The notes under the pieces are model-generated. The model searched no databases. It was not told the origin of the DNA and saw nothing but the letters and a program-made list of their open reading frames with translations. 64,000 nt of DNA, from NCBI GenBank assembly GCA_951406725.2, contig OX597815.1:30504001-30568000 (forward strand). The letters are read 5' to 3'. The stretch is from Octopus vulgaris (Eukaryota). Below are positions 23,689 through 38,159 of the stretch, in pieces; the stretch's first letter is position 1, and each line of letters starts with the position of its first letter. The translations under genes and the position numbers were made by a program.

Positions 23689-25640
23689 GTAATATATCGA
23701 AGTATACTCAATCGTTTATGCGCACAACCTGCAACAAATATATATTTGTGTTTTAACAAACCATTTCAACATAGATGATGATCGAGTCCTTGGGAGAAAG
23801 CTGCAGAAATCTCCTTATCGGCTGCTCTTTAGAATGGTAAGAATATCAGCAAATTTCTCGTTATTTGGCCTAAAGTGAGTAAAGGAAGTTGGGGTTTTAG
23901 TATATATTTTCAAAGAAAACTTAATTGCAGAGAAAAAAACTTTTATATAGTACCTGAAGCTGCGTGTTGTTCAGAGAGAATTTTGCCTTTGGGTAAATTA
24001 TGAGAGAGTGGAGAAAATGACAGTTAAGTTTTCCTGTTTTCAACAGCACCTGAAGTATGAAACAATAATATTTAACATGAAGAGAGTGTTGCCGGAATGA
24101 TGAGATACTCTGATAATCTGCAGTTATTTATCCTTTACGATAGTGTGGCCCAGTTTTCTACCTATAAATTCAAAATTATTCGCATATAAAAACCTGCATA
24201 CATACGAGAAACAAATTCATACACGCAAGTTTGTACAGGCACGCGTGCTTATGTAAGTTGAAACTGGACATCAACCACTTCTTTTTCTGTTATATTAGCA
24301 TATATGTAAAGTCCATGGACAATACTCTATTCCCCATCGGAGTAATTAGTAATTATATATGCATGAAGATACACAAATGCGCTCATACTCATGTGTGTGT
24401 GTTTTGGTTGGATGTGTGGTTACTCTACACATGAGTAAATCTACACATAAAGTAAATCTTAATTCATTTAAATCAATGTATTTGTGGTTGTAATCAATGT
24501 CTCTGAAGAATAAATGAAAGGAAAGTATGCATGAAATGAAAATATGCATATTTTTTATTTTATTTTATATTACCGTGATCATCCAGACTTACTCAGATAT
24601 GTGTGTATCCAAGTATATAGGTATGTGTGTATGTTTCTGTTATCCGTCTGTGTCGAAGATATTTCTAAGATGTCTTCATTAACCTGGAGCTACTTGCTTG
24701 TTAATTTTTTAAATTGGTATGGTAAAAGAAGTACGAGAACAGTACCGTAATGTCGCTTTATCCGTGGCTCAACACCTGTACCTGCGCAACTGCGTAGACA
24801 ATGGCGGAAATAGCCACTGCTACCGCTTCGAATTTTGGTGGCACTGGTCTTTTCTCTTGCTTTCGCAATGATAAAACTCAGTGGTGTGGCTGGACTATCA
24901 ACGATGACTCAGTCATTAAACGAACAATGTAGTTACATATTACCGTAAATAAAAAGCCAAATACTGCACATATCCAGCATACATTTATATCTATGTACAT
25001 TTATATCTATGTACATTCATGAATATTTGCATGCATATACACCCGCACGCGCACGCGTGTAGTGCGTGTGAATGCATGTATGTGTTTATCAAATGACAAG
25101 GATGGGGAAGGAAGGGAACATTTAGAGAGAGCAGACATCGAAAATGTACTTGGTGAAAAGTTGGTTAGCTCCATAACCCATCTGCAATATGAAAGAAAAT
25201 TATTTACGTGTTTGCCTATGGGAAAGTATCACCGATCCCTCTCCAGGACAGTTAAATATCATTTAAAAAAATAATCGTCAAGAGCGGCCGCTGGTTGTGA
25301 TGGCCAGTCATTCCGTTGTTTGGTACTCTGTTTGATTAGAGCTCTAGTGCTAATAGTTAAAAAAGCAGGCATGTAAATAACATAAGCAAAAAGTATATTA
25401 AACGAACGATACTTATATTTTTGCTTTAGAAGATTTATATATATATATACATATATATATATAAAATATACTACAATAAATTCAGTATACACCAACAATC
25501 ATAAGGCAGAAGTTTTCAGACAAAGAAAACACTTCGTAAAGTAACTATTTTAAACCCAAGTATTGAATGTAAGTTAAAATTTAAGTGGTTCATCAATCCC
25601 ATTCTGCAGTATGAATATAAGAAAGAGAAATAATGCATAA

Positions 25641-25720
25641 ATTTTATCAGTATAACTGAATCTATTTATTTTATCAGTATAACTAAATCTATTTATTTTA
25701 TCAGTATAACTGAATCTATA
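25641..25720. repeat. 27-bp tandem repeat x3 (attttatcagtataactgaatctattt)
   Basis: Appears as RFSYTDKIN x3 in ORF 25574-25774. Confidence 0.9.
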
Positions 25721-26414
25721 TACAAATGAAAATAATGAATAGATATAAAACTTAAGATATAACACTTTAGCCATAAATTTATTTCAAAGAAAAATGTTTA
25801 GATTTTACTAAAAAAAAAAAAACACAAAATAGACCCCAACAAAAAATTACGTAGCAGAACGCAAAGAAATCCATAGTTTAAAACAAACTGTAGCTAGTAA
25901 CGTCTTTGCTAATACTTTTGACGACACAGATCTAATATCATGCAACATTATTGAAAGAAATTCGATACAATGAAAACAACATACAGAGAACCAGTAAAAA
26001 CTAATAACCCGAACATAAAGTATATTATCTGATGCAAATGCACGATGGCTATAAAACAAATGAATCCTTTACTTTAAAAAAAAATATTTTAGCAGAGCAC
26101 AATATGTATTACACTCAGCCATAAATCAATTCTAATAATTTATTAGAAAAAGCCACGTAAGGCAAAATTCTCCACATCAACAATAACATTCAAAATTACA
26201 AGCCGTTGAAATAACCTTCAAATGACTAATGTAATTTACTAATCCAGATGCAAAGTCAAGTCGAAAGATGTAAAATTCCTGTATATAACAGTTGTTTTGA
26301 GTACCATACTTTGTTGATAGCTGACCATGTATCCCCAATAACGAATCACTAGCTCACATTATATCACATATGACAAAGTAAAATTAGATAGGAAAAATAT
26401 ATGAAAGAAACATT

Positions 26415-26572
26415 AGGTGGCTGTGTGGTACGAAACGCGCTTCTCAAGTATATGGTTCTGGGTTCAGTTCCACTGCGTGGCAACTTGGAGTGTCTTCTAC
26501 AATAGCTTTGGGCCGACCAAAACCTAGTGAGTGGATCTGGTCGACGGAAACTGAAAGAAACCTGCTGTATAC
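26415..26572 (+). mobile_element. tRNA-derived SINE family B, 5' half
   Basis: tggctgtgtggta...gggttcagttccactgcgtggca...gacggaaactgaaagaa, as at 55132. Confidence 0.8.
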
Positions 26573-26662
26573 ATATATGAATGATCCTCCACTACTCTCA
26601 GCTCATCGCCAGTATAGACATACTGCCTTGTTGCTCCAAACGAAGCAAAAATAACAAAGAAT

Positions 26663-28273
26663 ACTGGTGAACAATTTTGAACATAATTTCTGTTGAGTTT
26701 GCTTTTGTCCCATGATTTAGACTAAAATTGGCATGCGAATTTCAAAACTACAGTAGTTTCCTTCTATCACGTCAAGGTTTATTTTTATAAAACTTACTCT
26801 TTAAATAAGCATAGTTGTATTGCATATCCCGTAAGTAATAGGGTTGGTTAGCTGCTTTTATTATTTGAAATTTCTCTTTGCTACTTCACGTGAATAACTT
26901 GCATTAAGGCAGTCTCTTTGCAGAGACCAGAAGCAGTCAACTATCATGTTTATGTTCCACCTGCATTGATACCTAGTCTTTGTGGTCTCGAAGTGAATCT
27001 TTCTCCTTGCACATCACTTATTACAAAATGATTTTCTATGAGAAATAGTCCAGATGACTGGGCAGGAAATACACTTTTACACTGCTGTTGCAGTCCAGTA
27101 CCCCAAAACTGCTTAATAAGATCTGCACAATTTAATGGCTTTCTTTTCACCAGGAAATCAGACACAACTGTGGCAAAAGCTTTCCATGTTTCTTTTTCAC
27201 CACCAGACACGTTCTTCAAAAAGCTGCACGTCCTGCAGTAGACACCAAATTTCTAGCCAGTTAAACACATCTACATTAATTTTCTCACAAAACAAAAGCT
27301 GGAATCTTACTGCTTAAACATTTGAATTAGTCACCGTCTCAGTGCTTCAACACATGGCTTACACACTGTATGAGGTGCCAAGACTTTGTCTTGATCACCC
27401 AGTTTCATGCCGAAGTAAGGCAAGCTTTCTTCACAAATCTGTGATATTCTTTCGCTGCCTAGGTAAAATTTAACATCAACAAATGTAGCAGAAGACATCG
27501 GGCCAGTTGCTGCATTCTCTTCTCTCACAGCAGGCCATATTTCTGAAATACAACGCATATACTGAAGCCAGTTGTCCCCTGTGAAAAGCATTTCAAGAAT
27601 TGTCAGCTGTTAGAATGTAAGCAAATACAGATTTGTGATAGAAAATTTCACAAAGAGCGTGCATACCATGAAGTTCTTTCAATATTCATTTGACAATGCT
27701 TCACAAAAATCGCCTTGACGCATGTGACCTCAATTAAAATATTAAAGGTGTTTCAAAATACCAATTTTCATAAGAGATAATAGAAGGTTCAACAAAACAT
27801 GTTTCACCTGGTTTGCAATGATAGTTATTCTAAACAAAGTACAGCGTGGGCATATCTGCAAACAAATTCCATAAATATAAGACATGCATGATTTCAAGGA
27901 CCACAGAACTATGTTGTTTATGAACATGTAATTGTATAATTATGAGATTGTCATGACATTTTAAACTGGTCAGATTGAAAATAGTGAAAGCTGCGCAAGT
28001 TTGATGGTTTTTATTCACTGAAGATACTCAAACCACGACGTTTGTTTTCAGTTTTGTAGTTGCACATATTTTTAATGATATTGAAAAATTATGTTATGCC
28101 AAGTTCCATATAGGGGCATGCATTTGATGAAGAATGTTGAAAAATGGACATTTGAGTTTACGAAAAATGTTAAATTGATAGAAGAAAATGGATTTCACTT
28201 TTGAAATCAGCACGCGAAAATTACTAGAAAACATTTCTCCAAACTTAAGAAACAAAAATCATAAACACCAATG
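26663..28273 (-). mobile_element. Degraded DNA transposon, Chapaev3-like (CMC group)
   Basis: Minus-strand peptides YFGMKLGDQDKVLAPHTVCKPCVEALRR, EKETWKAFATVVSDFL and VISDVQGERF. Degenerate inverted ends (actggtgaacaatttt...gcatgcgaatttcaaaa versus ttttgaaatcagcacgcg...aaacaccaatg). The family assignment is from recalled motifs. Confidence 0.65.
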
Positions 28274-28284
28274 TAAATCGTTGT

Positions 28285-28470
28285 ACTAGAGGCATAATAC
28301 TTGAAATTTATGAGGAGTAGGCTAGTCTGTTATATCCAACGCGATGCTCAACTGGTACTTGTTTTATCGTCCCAAAAGGATGAAAGGCAAAGTCGACTCG
28401 ATGAAATTTGAACAGGGAACGCAAAGCCGTCAGGTTTGCCGCTAAGCGTTTTTCCCAGCTCGCTGCCTTA
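28285..28470 (-). mobile_element. SINE family A, old and degraded
   Basis: actggtacttgttttatcgtcccaaaaggatgaaaggcaaagtcgac. Confidence 0.75.
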
Positions 28471-28583
28471 CATACTACTAATAATGAAATTAGGTAAAAC
28501 TCCACACTAAAACGTTACACAATAGCATAGTTATTATTTCAGTGAAGCATGTCTATAATGAAATTTTTCCCACATACACAAAT

Positions 28584-28654
<71 letters not shown>

Positions 28655-28681
28655 TTGCACGTGTGGGAAAAAATTCCCCAC

Positions 28682-28725
<44 letters not shown>

Positions 28726-29027
28726 ATATACATATAAATATTTGCTATGTAAAAGCTACATAGATTTGACACTACTAAAGAAAAGATGATAGCATTGCTG
28801 TTGTCATATACTCTAATAGAAGAAACAAATTAATTTATTTAACAACATTGTAGAAATTAATTTATTTAATAGCCATTGTAGAAATTATGTGATTACTTTA
28901 GAATGTTTAGTGAATTACATAATAAAAGATAAAAATCCTGGAGTTGTACATTTACTAATGTTTGAATAAAACTATGGTTTAACGACAAGATTTCTTTTCT
29001 TGAATATTATCATTATAAGGCGGTGAA

Positions 29028-29530
29028 AGGCGACATGCTGGCAGAAACGATAGCACGCCGGGCGAAATGCTTAGCGGTATTTCGTCTGCCGTTATGCTGT
29101 GAGTTGAAATTCCGCCAAGGTCGACTTTGCTTTTCATCCTTTCGGGGTTGATAAATTAAGTACTAGTTACGCACTGGGGTCGATGTAATCGACTTAATAC
29201 CTATGTCTGTCCTTGTTTGTCCACTTGTGGGTAATAAAGAAATAGGTATTTCGCCCGTCGCTACGTTCTAAGTTCAATTTCCGCCGAGATCGACTTTGTC
29301 TTTCGATTACATAAGAAGTAGTTACGCACTGGGGTCAATGTAGTCGACTTAATCCCTTCTCCCAAATCTGAGGCCTTGTGCTTTCAGTAGAAAGGATCAT
29401 AAGTCGGTGAGCAGGCAGAATCGTTAGCACGCCGAGCAAAACATTTAGCAACATTTCATCCGTTTTTACGTTCAGTGTTCAAATGCTGCGGAAGTCGGCT
29501 TTGCCTTTCATCTTTCGGGGTCAATGTAGT
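29028..29530 (+). mobile_element. SINE family A cluster (dimer plus a further partial copy)
   Basis: Three B-box blocks, with the internal junction aagaaatag|gtatttcgccc at ~29247. Confidence 0.88.
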
Positions 29531-29539
29531 TAATACCAA

Positions 29540-29810
29540 AGAAATTTTTTAAAAATTGGAAAATATTAGGATCTAGTCATGGACATGAAGAGAGTGGAAA
29601 ATAAGCACCAATTATTCTTGCGGTAAGTGGTGCAACAACACCTAAAACGCTACCTATAAGACTGTAAGATATTGGAATTGAGACTCGCATCATCGACCTA
29701 TAGAAATGTACCATTCTACATTCTGCCAGAATCCTAAGAAATGTTCTTGAGATTTGAGGAAACGTGTTGTCACCAAACTTTAAGATAACGTTCTTGCGTG
29801 TATTAGCTTG
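29540..29810 (+). mobile_element. Degraded REL-LINE 3' end (a further family)
   Basis: Reads ..PIIL....IGIETRIIDL*KCTILHSARILRNVLEI*, followed by an (AAT)/(GAT)-type tract. Confidence 0.65.
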
Positions 29811-29950
29811 ATAATGATGATGATTATGATGATAATGATGTTGACGCGGATGATTTATAACAACAACAAAAACAACAGCAATAACAAAAATAATAATTAC
29901 TACCATTTTCATCATTTGTGTCTTCATCATAATCATCATCATCATCATCG

Positions 29951-30680
<730 letters not shown>

Positions 30681-30689
30681 ATTCGTCGT

Positions 30690-33450
30690 GGGAGACGCAA
30701 GGCGTTCTTTCGAACACGTTTCTTCAGTTATGTTTTAAAGTGTTCTTTTCACTTTGTCTGTACAATATATGTTATTAATTTTTCTTATAAACTGATTATA
30801 AGAACACTAAGAAGCTGTTGATTGGCTTCCGGTGGTTATTTTTGCCCCACAGGGCTGTATTTATTCATTAAATTATAAATTGCATTCAGAAAATCATAAA
30901 AAAAACAACACAAAAGATGGCGTCATCATCACCATTATCGTCGGCTTCAGCAACAACGGAAGCATTGAGGAGGAAAGCCATCTCTCCTAAAAAAGAAGAC
31001 TTTCTCTCCCTCATATCACTCCCAATGACAACGACGTCAACAACAACAGTAGCGGCCTAAGCAATGTGAAAGCTCACGAAGCTTATGAAATTAGTTACAA
31101 CGAACACAGGTGCAGTGACAGAAGTGTCGATGGTAGATGTGGCGGAAGCAGTAATGTTGGTGGCGGTAGAGACAGCAAAAGCTGCGACACCACGACAAGT
31201 AGTAACAGCAACAAAACCGTCAAAAATACAAGCAACAGTCGCAGTGATAGCAACACAGACGGCAGCAGAAGAGTGGAGGCGCAATGACCCAGTGGTTAGG
31301 GCAGTGGACTCGCGGTCGTAAGAACGTGGTTTCGATTCCCAGACCGGGCATTGTGAGTGTTTATTGATCAAAAACACCTAAGCTCCACGAGCTTTCGGCG
31401 GGGGAGGGTAGTGAACCCCGCTGTACTCTTTCACCACAACTTTTGTCTCACTCTTTCTTCTTACTTCTGCCAAAAAGCAGAGGAAACATGGTGTAACCCA
31501 CTATGGTGTGGTAAACATTCAGACCCTAGTCTAGATTGCGAATCTTCTGTACCCCAGGATGGTTCAGCTCTCCACCCGTTAAAAGCCACAACGTAGCTTT
31601 CGCACCCGTGCAACCGCCAGTCTTTCTTTGTGGCTAACGGCGTGATTCCTGATTAGAAGAAGAAGAAGAAGAAGAAGAAGAAGAAGAAGAAGAAGAAGAA
31701 GAAGAAGAAGAAGAAGAAGAAGAAGAAGAAGAAGAAGAAGAACCAACAATAGCAGTGATCCAGAAGAAATCGAAGCCGGCAGTTGTAGCGGTGATGGTGG
31801 CCACAAAACAAGCGGCTGCAACTCCACCGCCACAATAAACAGCAAAGGATCAGTAGCAATAAACCAACACCAACGAGAACAATAACAATACCAATATTGC
31901 CAACCCCGCCCCCACCACCAACAACAAGAAAAAGTTCGCTGCAGTAGCAGGCAAAACGAAACCACGTTACAGGATAGACTTCACAAACAAAGAAGAGAAA
32001 TTGGCCCAGGCATGGATGCTCATCAACCATGAACAAACCCGGGTTAACTTAACCGTACAAAAAGAGGCAATTGAAACAGTGGAGAAACAAACTTTTAATT
32101 ACAGATGCATCTCAGCAGAGACAAAACAAACCAGTGATATAATATAATAGCACAGGCATATATTGAAGCTGTGCTGAGATGTATCAGGGATGATACCGAG
32201 TACACAGCGAGGGGCAGACAATACGGCACCATTTCGGTGATTTTTAAGTTAGAGGCCTTTGCTATGAAGCACTCAATGAGCCTTTGCAAAACCACCAATT
32301 TCATTATGTACTCATCCCATATGGGCAAAAGAATAGTGCATGTCCCCATTCCCAGGATTCCCCCAGAGTTTGACATGTGGTGTTTTCTGGTATGCGTGAT
32401 CGAGCAAAGGTCAGATACCGTCCCGACAGAGGTGACAAAAACTACCAGGGATTACAGTCCGGGGTGGATCTGGAGATACTTCTGGAGATCAAGTCCGATA
32501 ACTTCAAAAGAAGCCTAGACCACATCCGTCTCCAAAACGGGACGGTATTGCACAAAATGACTGTGAGCAGAAGGCTGCATTGTTTCGTTTGTGGAGAAAC
32601 TACTTATTTGCGAGGTTTCTGCCCCCAACTGACAAAAAGTGCAAGAGGTCGAACGCCTCCACTGGTGCCTACCCTGGACGAAGATCAGAACTAACACCAG
32701 CACCTGCAAAACCACCAGCAACAAAAGCCGTTCAAAAATTTGGACCTGGAGATCTCCATTTTCAGCGACTTCGAGGGCCACCTCCCAGTGAGGTCAGGCG
32801 TCAACGAAGAGCCCTCGACTACAACAAGACGACCAAAGTTTTTTTTCAAGGTCTGGGGTCTCCCAGCCCGAAGCCCTAGAACATCACCTAATCACCCTTA
32901 CCCGTCTTGTTGCTTAACAACAACAATAACAACCAGCAACAAAAAACAAAACACCATCAAAGACATTAACCACTCGTGGGGAAAACGGAGAAAGCTCTCC
33001 CATTCCCCTACACCTACAAATACACAATAAAATAAGAATATAAACATACTCACATATACATACACACAACCACAGACCCCTCATCTTCATGTAGTGATAA
33101 TGAAGGAAAGCCAGAAAGGCTCCCAAAAAAACAAAAAAGAAAGAACGAAAGAAAAACTCCACAAAGCATAACGAGACCCACAATAAAAAATGCAGACACC
33201 ACCGACGCAAACATCTCCCCCAAAACTCCAACACAACTAACACCGTCACTACCACCAGAATCCCCCAAACGCAAACAAACACAAGAACAAACACTCATAC
33301 AACCATCTAAAACTGCAGATACCTCACTCACAGCAAAACACAGACACAACCAGAACAACAACAAGACCATCACCACCACTTACAAGCAAACAAATAAAAC
33401 CACATTGGCAAAAATTATTCAAATTCGCACTTCCCAGAAGGGCCAACAAT
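30690..33450 (+). mobile_element. Degraded L1/Tx1-type ORF1 (gag-like) relic, interrupted by a SINE
   Basis: Low-complexity S/T/A-rich N-terminus from the ATG at ~30917, then KFAAVAGK, RIVHVPIPRIPPEF and DHIRLQNG....RRLHCFVCGETTYLRGFCP (decayed CX2CX4HX4C), then an A/C-rich C-terminal region. Many stops. Boundaries approximate. Confidence 0.6.
31275..31741 (+). mobile_element. tRNA-derived SINE (head plus body X plus own tail) with an (AAG)n tail
   Basis: A-box tgacccagtggttag and B-box ggtttcgattccc. The body is shared with 38160-38455, and (AAG)n occupies 31654-31741. Confidence 0.8.
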
Positions 33451-33556
33451 ATTATTATTCATATTATTATTATTGTTATTATTATTATTGTTGTTGTTGT
33501 TATTATTATTATTATTATTATTACTATTGTTATTGTTGTTGTTGTTATTATTATTA

Positions 33557-33648
<92 letters not shown>

Positions 33649-33651
33649 GTT

Positions 33652-34207
33652 GAGTGAGAGGGCAGTGCATGCCATCAAAGTGACACTGGGGTAAAATATA
33701 CGAAGCCCAATATACCCATCATGACTACCCGTCTGATAAGGGTACACCAGGCACATGCATCACAACCATATGTGCGCGACATGGTGATCTCATGTCAAGA
33801 TAAACAGCACATGACCTTGCAGGTGGGGCCCAGTTAGAATTTTCTTCAGATTGAGTAGCCCATCCCGCTCAAAAGGTCCCTGAATAAGGGTTGTTTAAGG
33901 ATGTTGAAAGAACCACCCATGTTTCCAGAGGTGAATTATTCAAACACCAAAGAATCCCTCTCAACACATGGCTATGATGCTCCCCCACTACTTCTGCTCG
34001 TGATCAGAGATGCACATATCGTCAGCCACTAAGGGACATGCTCAACTGGTTAAGGTCAAACAACTGACAAGCAAATCTGTGGTATTGAGCAGAATATTTG
34101 CTGTAGCCCATCTTTTATACCAAGACAAAACAATGTACATGATAACACTTCCAATCAGTTAAGATCAGAAGCCATGAGAGCCACTGCCTGGTACTGCATC
34201 AGGGCAT
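33652..34207 (-). mobile_element. ~555-bp element, copy 3 (full length)
   Basis: Same two termini as 652-1207, with (TTA)n on both sides. Confidence 0.9.
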
Positions 34208-34226
34208 TTTATTATTATTATTATTA

Positions 34227-34282
<56 letters not shown>

Positions 34283-34315
34283 TATTATTATTATTATTTT
34301 TTTTTTTTTTTTCGA

Positions 34316-34528
34316 AGGTGGCGAGCTGGCAGAATCGTTAGCACGCCGGGTGAAATGCTTAGCAGCATTTCGTCTGCTGCTACCTTTTAAGTTCAAATTC
34401 CGCCGAGGTTGACTTTGCCTTTCATCCTGTCGGGGTCGTTTAAATAAGTACCAGTTATTCACTTGGGTCAATGTAATCGCCTGAATCCCTTCCCCCAAAT
34501 TTTAAGTCTTGTGCTTCCGGTACTAAGA

Positions 34529-34530
<2 letters not shown>
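34316..34530 (+). mobile_element. SINE family A, full length, tail beta
   Basis: aaggtggcgagctggcagaatcgttagcacgccggg...ttgtgcttccggtactaagaattatt. Confidence 0.9.
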
Positions 34531-34560
<30 letters not shown>

Positions 34561-34585
34561 CATCATCATCATCATTATTATTATA

Positions 34586-36060
34586 TGTTTGGCTTTTGCT
34601 TTGTATTTGTATAAGTTGACACCAAGTCTCATCCAGGGTTCTCAAGTGACACGAAGTTAGTAGTTCAAGTCAGTATTATGACTAGGGTAGCATCTTTTTG
34701 GTCATGCACAATCTGTCAATATATAAGAAAATTAAAAGCTTGCTTTAATAGTAATTTGGTGATAAAATGATAATGTGACCTTAAGATGACAGTAAAAGAT
34801 GTATGTTATTATGTACATTTAAAAGTACACAGATTGAAATGTTTTTGGAATAACATAGACAAAATTTACTTAGGGTATGAGGAGTTTCCAATAGGAGCGC
34901 TATTCTTTGAATTTCTTCCATTTTTGCTGAAATCTGAATTGCAGGATTTCAGCACTGCATTTATATAAAGTGAGTTTTTTTTCCAGTTTTTTTGTCAGAT
35001 TTTTTGGCACTATTCTCAACTCACCAATAATAATCGGCAGTGTTATGGTCTTATTGAGTTCCCTGTTCCAACACTCGAGACCCTTATACTTCAAGTTGAG
35101 ACATTGCTCAACCTTTTCTTTTTTTTCCTTTTTACTCCTATGTCAAATAGACATGTCACGTCAATTACAATACCTTATTTTCTAGCTGACGACTATAATA
35201 GCCAGCCTTCTGTGTTTTGTGTTTCTTTCCATTCAGGGATGCTTAGAACCTCATCTTGTCATTTTGGAGCCCTTGCATTTCTATTCACTTAAAATTGTTA
35301 TAGATTTTTCTGTGCATGGAAAGCCACACTTTGTGCCCAAATTCCAAATACCAACATGTGAAGTAACTGTGAACATACCAATAAAATGAGAACTGTGGTC
35401 TCATCTGAAACAACGCACATTCTTCATTTGTGTAAGCAGGTTTGTAGATAGAGCATCCTCATAATCTAATTCTTCCTTATGACCTGTTTCCACAATTTCC
35501 TTCTCACTACTCCTTTCTGTTGCTACAACATAATGCAGACTTAACATCTAACATAAGTTCTGGGATTGTTTCTTGTCTATATTTACGTATTTTGCACTTA
35601 CTGTATTTTCCTTCATTACGTACTTAGGTAGTTTCTAGCGAAGAAACTTTGATTCTCTGCCACAACTACGGTTCCTCATTTCTCCGCTAAATTTTCTTTG
35701 CTTAATTCCACCATATTTGTCTTCACAAGTATTGGCCATATAAGGGGGTTTTTTTGTCAATGTTTTATCATGGCATTTGTATCTCTAATTTTAGATTAGA
35801 TTTTAAAGCTTTCATAGTTTTAATTTTTAATTGCTCTTTTCTTTATAGCGATCTGTCATTTCAACTTCTGTTTTGTATTGGTTGGTTTCCTTGAAGACAG
35901 AAAATAATTTTTCTTTGTTTATTTTTCCTTTGCTTTCTGTTTGTATTAGACTTCTATTATTCTTTGCAAGGTAGTTTTTTTGTGCTACATTGGCTATCTT
36001 ATATTAGTTTTCCAGCTGCATAAGGCCCTTTCGTTTTTGTATTCGTAGAAAATATGATGA
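34586..36060 (-). mobile_element. Heavily degraded REL-LINE relic
   Basis: ORF 34900-35094 reads KYKGLE...TLPIIIGELRIVPKNLTKKLE. There is a trace of a zinc knuckle near 35360-35425, and the 3' end runs into (AAT)n at ~34585. Confidence 0.55.
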
Positions 36061-36794
36061 CGTATTGATGATGATGATGATGATGATAATGATCATCACC
36101 ACCGCCACCACCACCATCACAGCCACCAACGCCGCTGCCATATTCATCATCATCATCATCATCATCATCACCACCATCAACAACAACAAAAACAACAACA
36201 AAAATAATAACAAATAATTTTGTTTCTATTTTTGCTGATGAAACAATACAGAATAGATTAAAAATGTTTAAATTGAGCCCGAGAATAAAACAATAAAGAT
36301 GTGCAATTTCTTCTCATGCATTGAATTATTTAAGAATCTTCATTAAAATTTCGCATATCTTTATTTTTATGGCGACTGACAACTAATTACTTGCAGAAAC
36401 ACTCTGAAAGATTAAATCCTCACAAAGGGAACAAACAACGATAGAAGTGACAGAGCGACCAGAAGAAAAATAATACTTCTTGGATGAAATCTTAGTCAAA
36501 GACTCTTAGTTTGTAAACCACTCCATCAAGCTTGAATTGATATAATTAATATGATCATCGATGAATTTATTTGACTATTTAATAATTCTGCCAAGATTCT
36601 ATATTCAAACCAATTTCTCTGTTCAGTTGTAACAAATTGAAATATGGTTATTGAAATAGGTTCGATGACTAAATACACTGTAGCAAAGGCTGGTATCACT
36701 TTCTTCTGAAGATGACTCTATTCATATTCCCTGTTGAGCTACTAATATTTGATGTAATTAATAAATTCAATTGCAAATAGAAAAGTTTTAAACC

Positions 36795-36945
36795 TGCGAG
36801 TTGGGCGGAATCGTTTTCAAACCGGACAACGTGTAGAGGCACTTCTTCAGAGTCAATGAAATAAAGTACCTGTTAAATACTGGAGTCGGTATATTCAACT
36901 TATCCCTCCTGTCTAAAATTACTGGCCTTGTGCCAAAATTTGAAG
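36795..36945 (+). mobile_element. SINE family A, old and internally deleted
   Basis: gcgagttgggcggaatcgtt...aaagtacctgtt...ggccttgtgccaaaatttgaa. Confidence 0.6.
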
Positions 36946-37034
36946 TATTGTGTTTGCTATATATACCCTCTACTCTTCTAGAATCACCGAAAACAAGGAA
37001 CAACTGTAGTACACCACACCACACAAAACGAACT

Positions 37035-37450
37035 ATTTAATTTAATTTGTTTTGGCTCAAAAGACAAAAGCAAGGCCATGTAGAGGGACAGGGAGTTATG
37101 TATAGCGAGGGTGGTCATACAAAGTGTTCAGGCCATTTCTGGTCAAGAGAGACTTTGAACTGAGCGATCGTCGGCATCTTCACTATCTCGTCCGGCAGCT
37201 TATTCCACGGATCCGCAACCCGGACGGAGAAAGCCCCTCTCTTTCGATTGAGATGAAATCGTCGTAGATAGAGCTTTTCGGAGTGACCACGCAGCCCACG
37301 CTCTGGAGCAGGAGTGAAGAACAGCTCTTTCGAGAGGTTACACATTCCGCTTATGATGTTGTGAGCGAGAATGAGATCACCACGGCGTCATCATTTTTCG
37401 AGGGAATAAAGGTCGAGCGTCTTCAGCCTTTCTTCATAAGACTAAATAGG
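37035..37450 (-). mobile_element. CR1-clade LINE 3' end
   Basis: ORF 37115-37345 reads LRGHSEKLYLRRFHLNRKRGAFSVRVADPWNKLP...FKVSLD, a typical CR1 ORF2 C-terminus. A short 3' UTR and (AAATT)n tail follow. Confidence 0.9.
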
Positions 37451-38159
37451 CCAGCTTTTGTGATGTTCCTATAAAATTCTCACAAAAGTACTAGACTGAT
37501 GAAGGAAGAAATATTCAAAACACAGTAGAATGCTAAAATAAGCTCAAAGACAACAAAAGAGAAAAACAAAATTACATACCTGATCTATAAATTCCTGATG
37601 ACCTACGAATCTGACAGTGAAAAGCTTAAATTCCGGTGATACGTTATACAACATTCTCATTTATCTTGCCTATATAGAAGCAGTAACACACATCAACATT
37701 ACTCCATCTTGAAGATGAGTCTATGACAGTATACAAAAGTTGATGGTGACTTTCGGAACATCGCTGTTTCAAACATATTGCTAGAAACATATAGGTGAAT
37801 ATGCAATAAACCTGGATAAAAATATAAAACGATGAGGAAATGTCTATATGTTTATAATCCGTCAAACTTTTCCCTAATCTTTGGAAATTTTGAAGCTCTT
37901 TATGAAAAAGATGTTTGAGATTCTAGACGTCACCAAAGCTCTTCGTAAGCACGAAATACAATGTAAACGCAGTTACAAAATGCACGCGAAGGAAAGTGTT
38001 CGATGTACGACGCAGGGACCTGAAGCACTATAGTTTACACCGGTTTAGCCCGTAACGTAGAACTTGATGCTGACTCAGCTGAAGTTGCAGGTACAATTGC
38101 CATCTAAAGGTATGTTGCTGCGGTAACCTGTCTCAATAAAATGTTGTTGTTGTTTTGTT

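Noticed and set aside
23760-24230. Possible hAT dimerisation-domain trace (VPEAACCSER)
   Set aside because: Too short and degenerate, with no termini identified.
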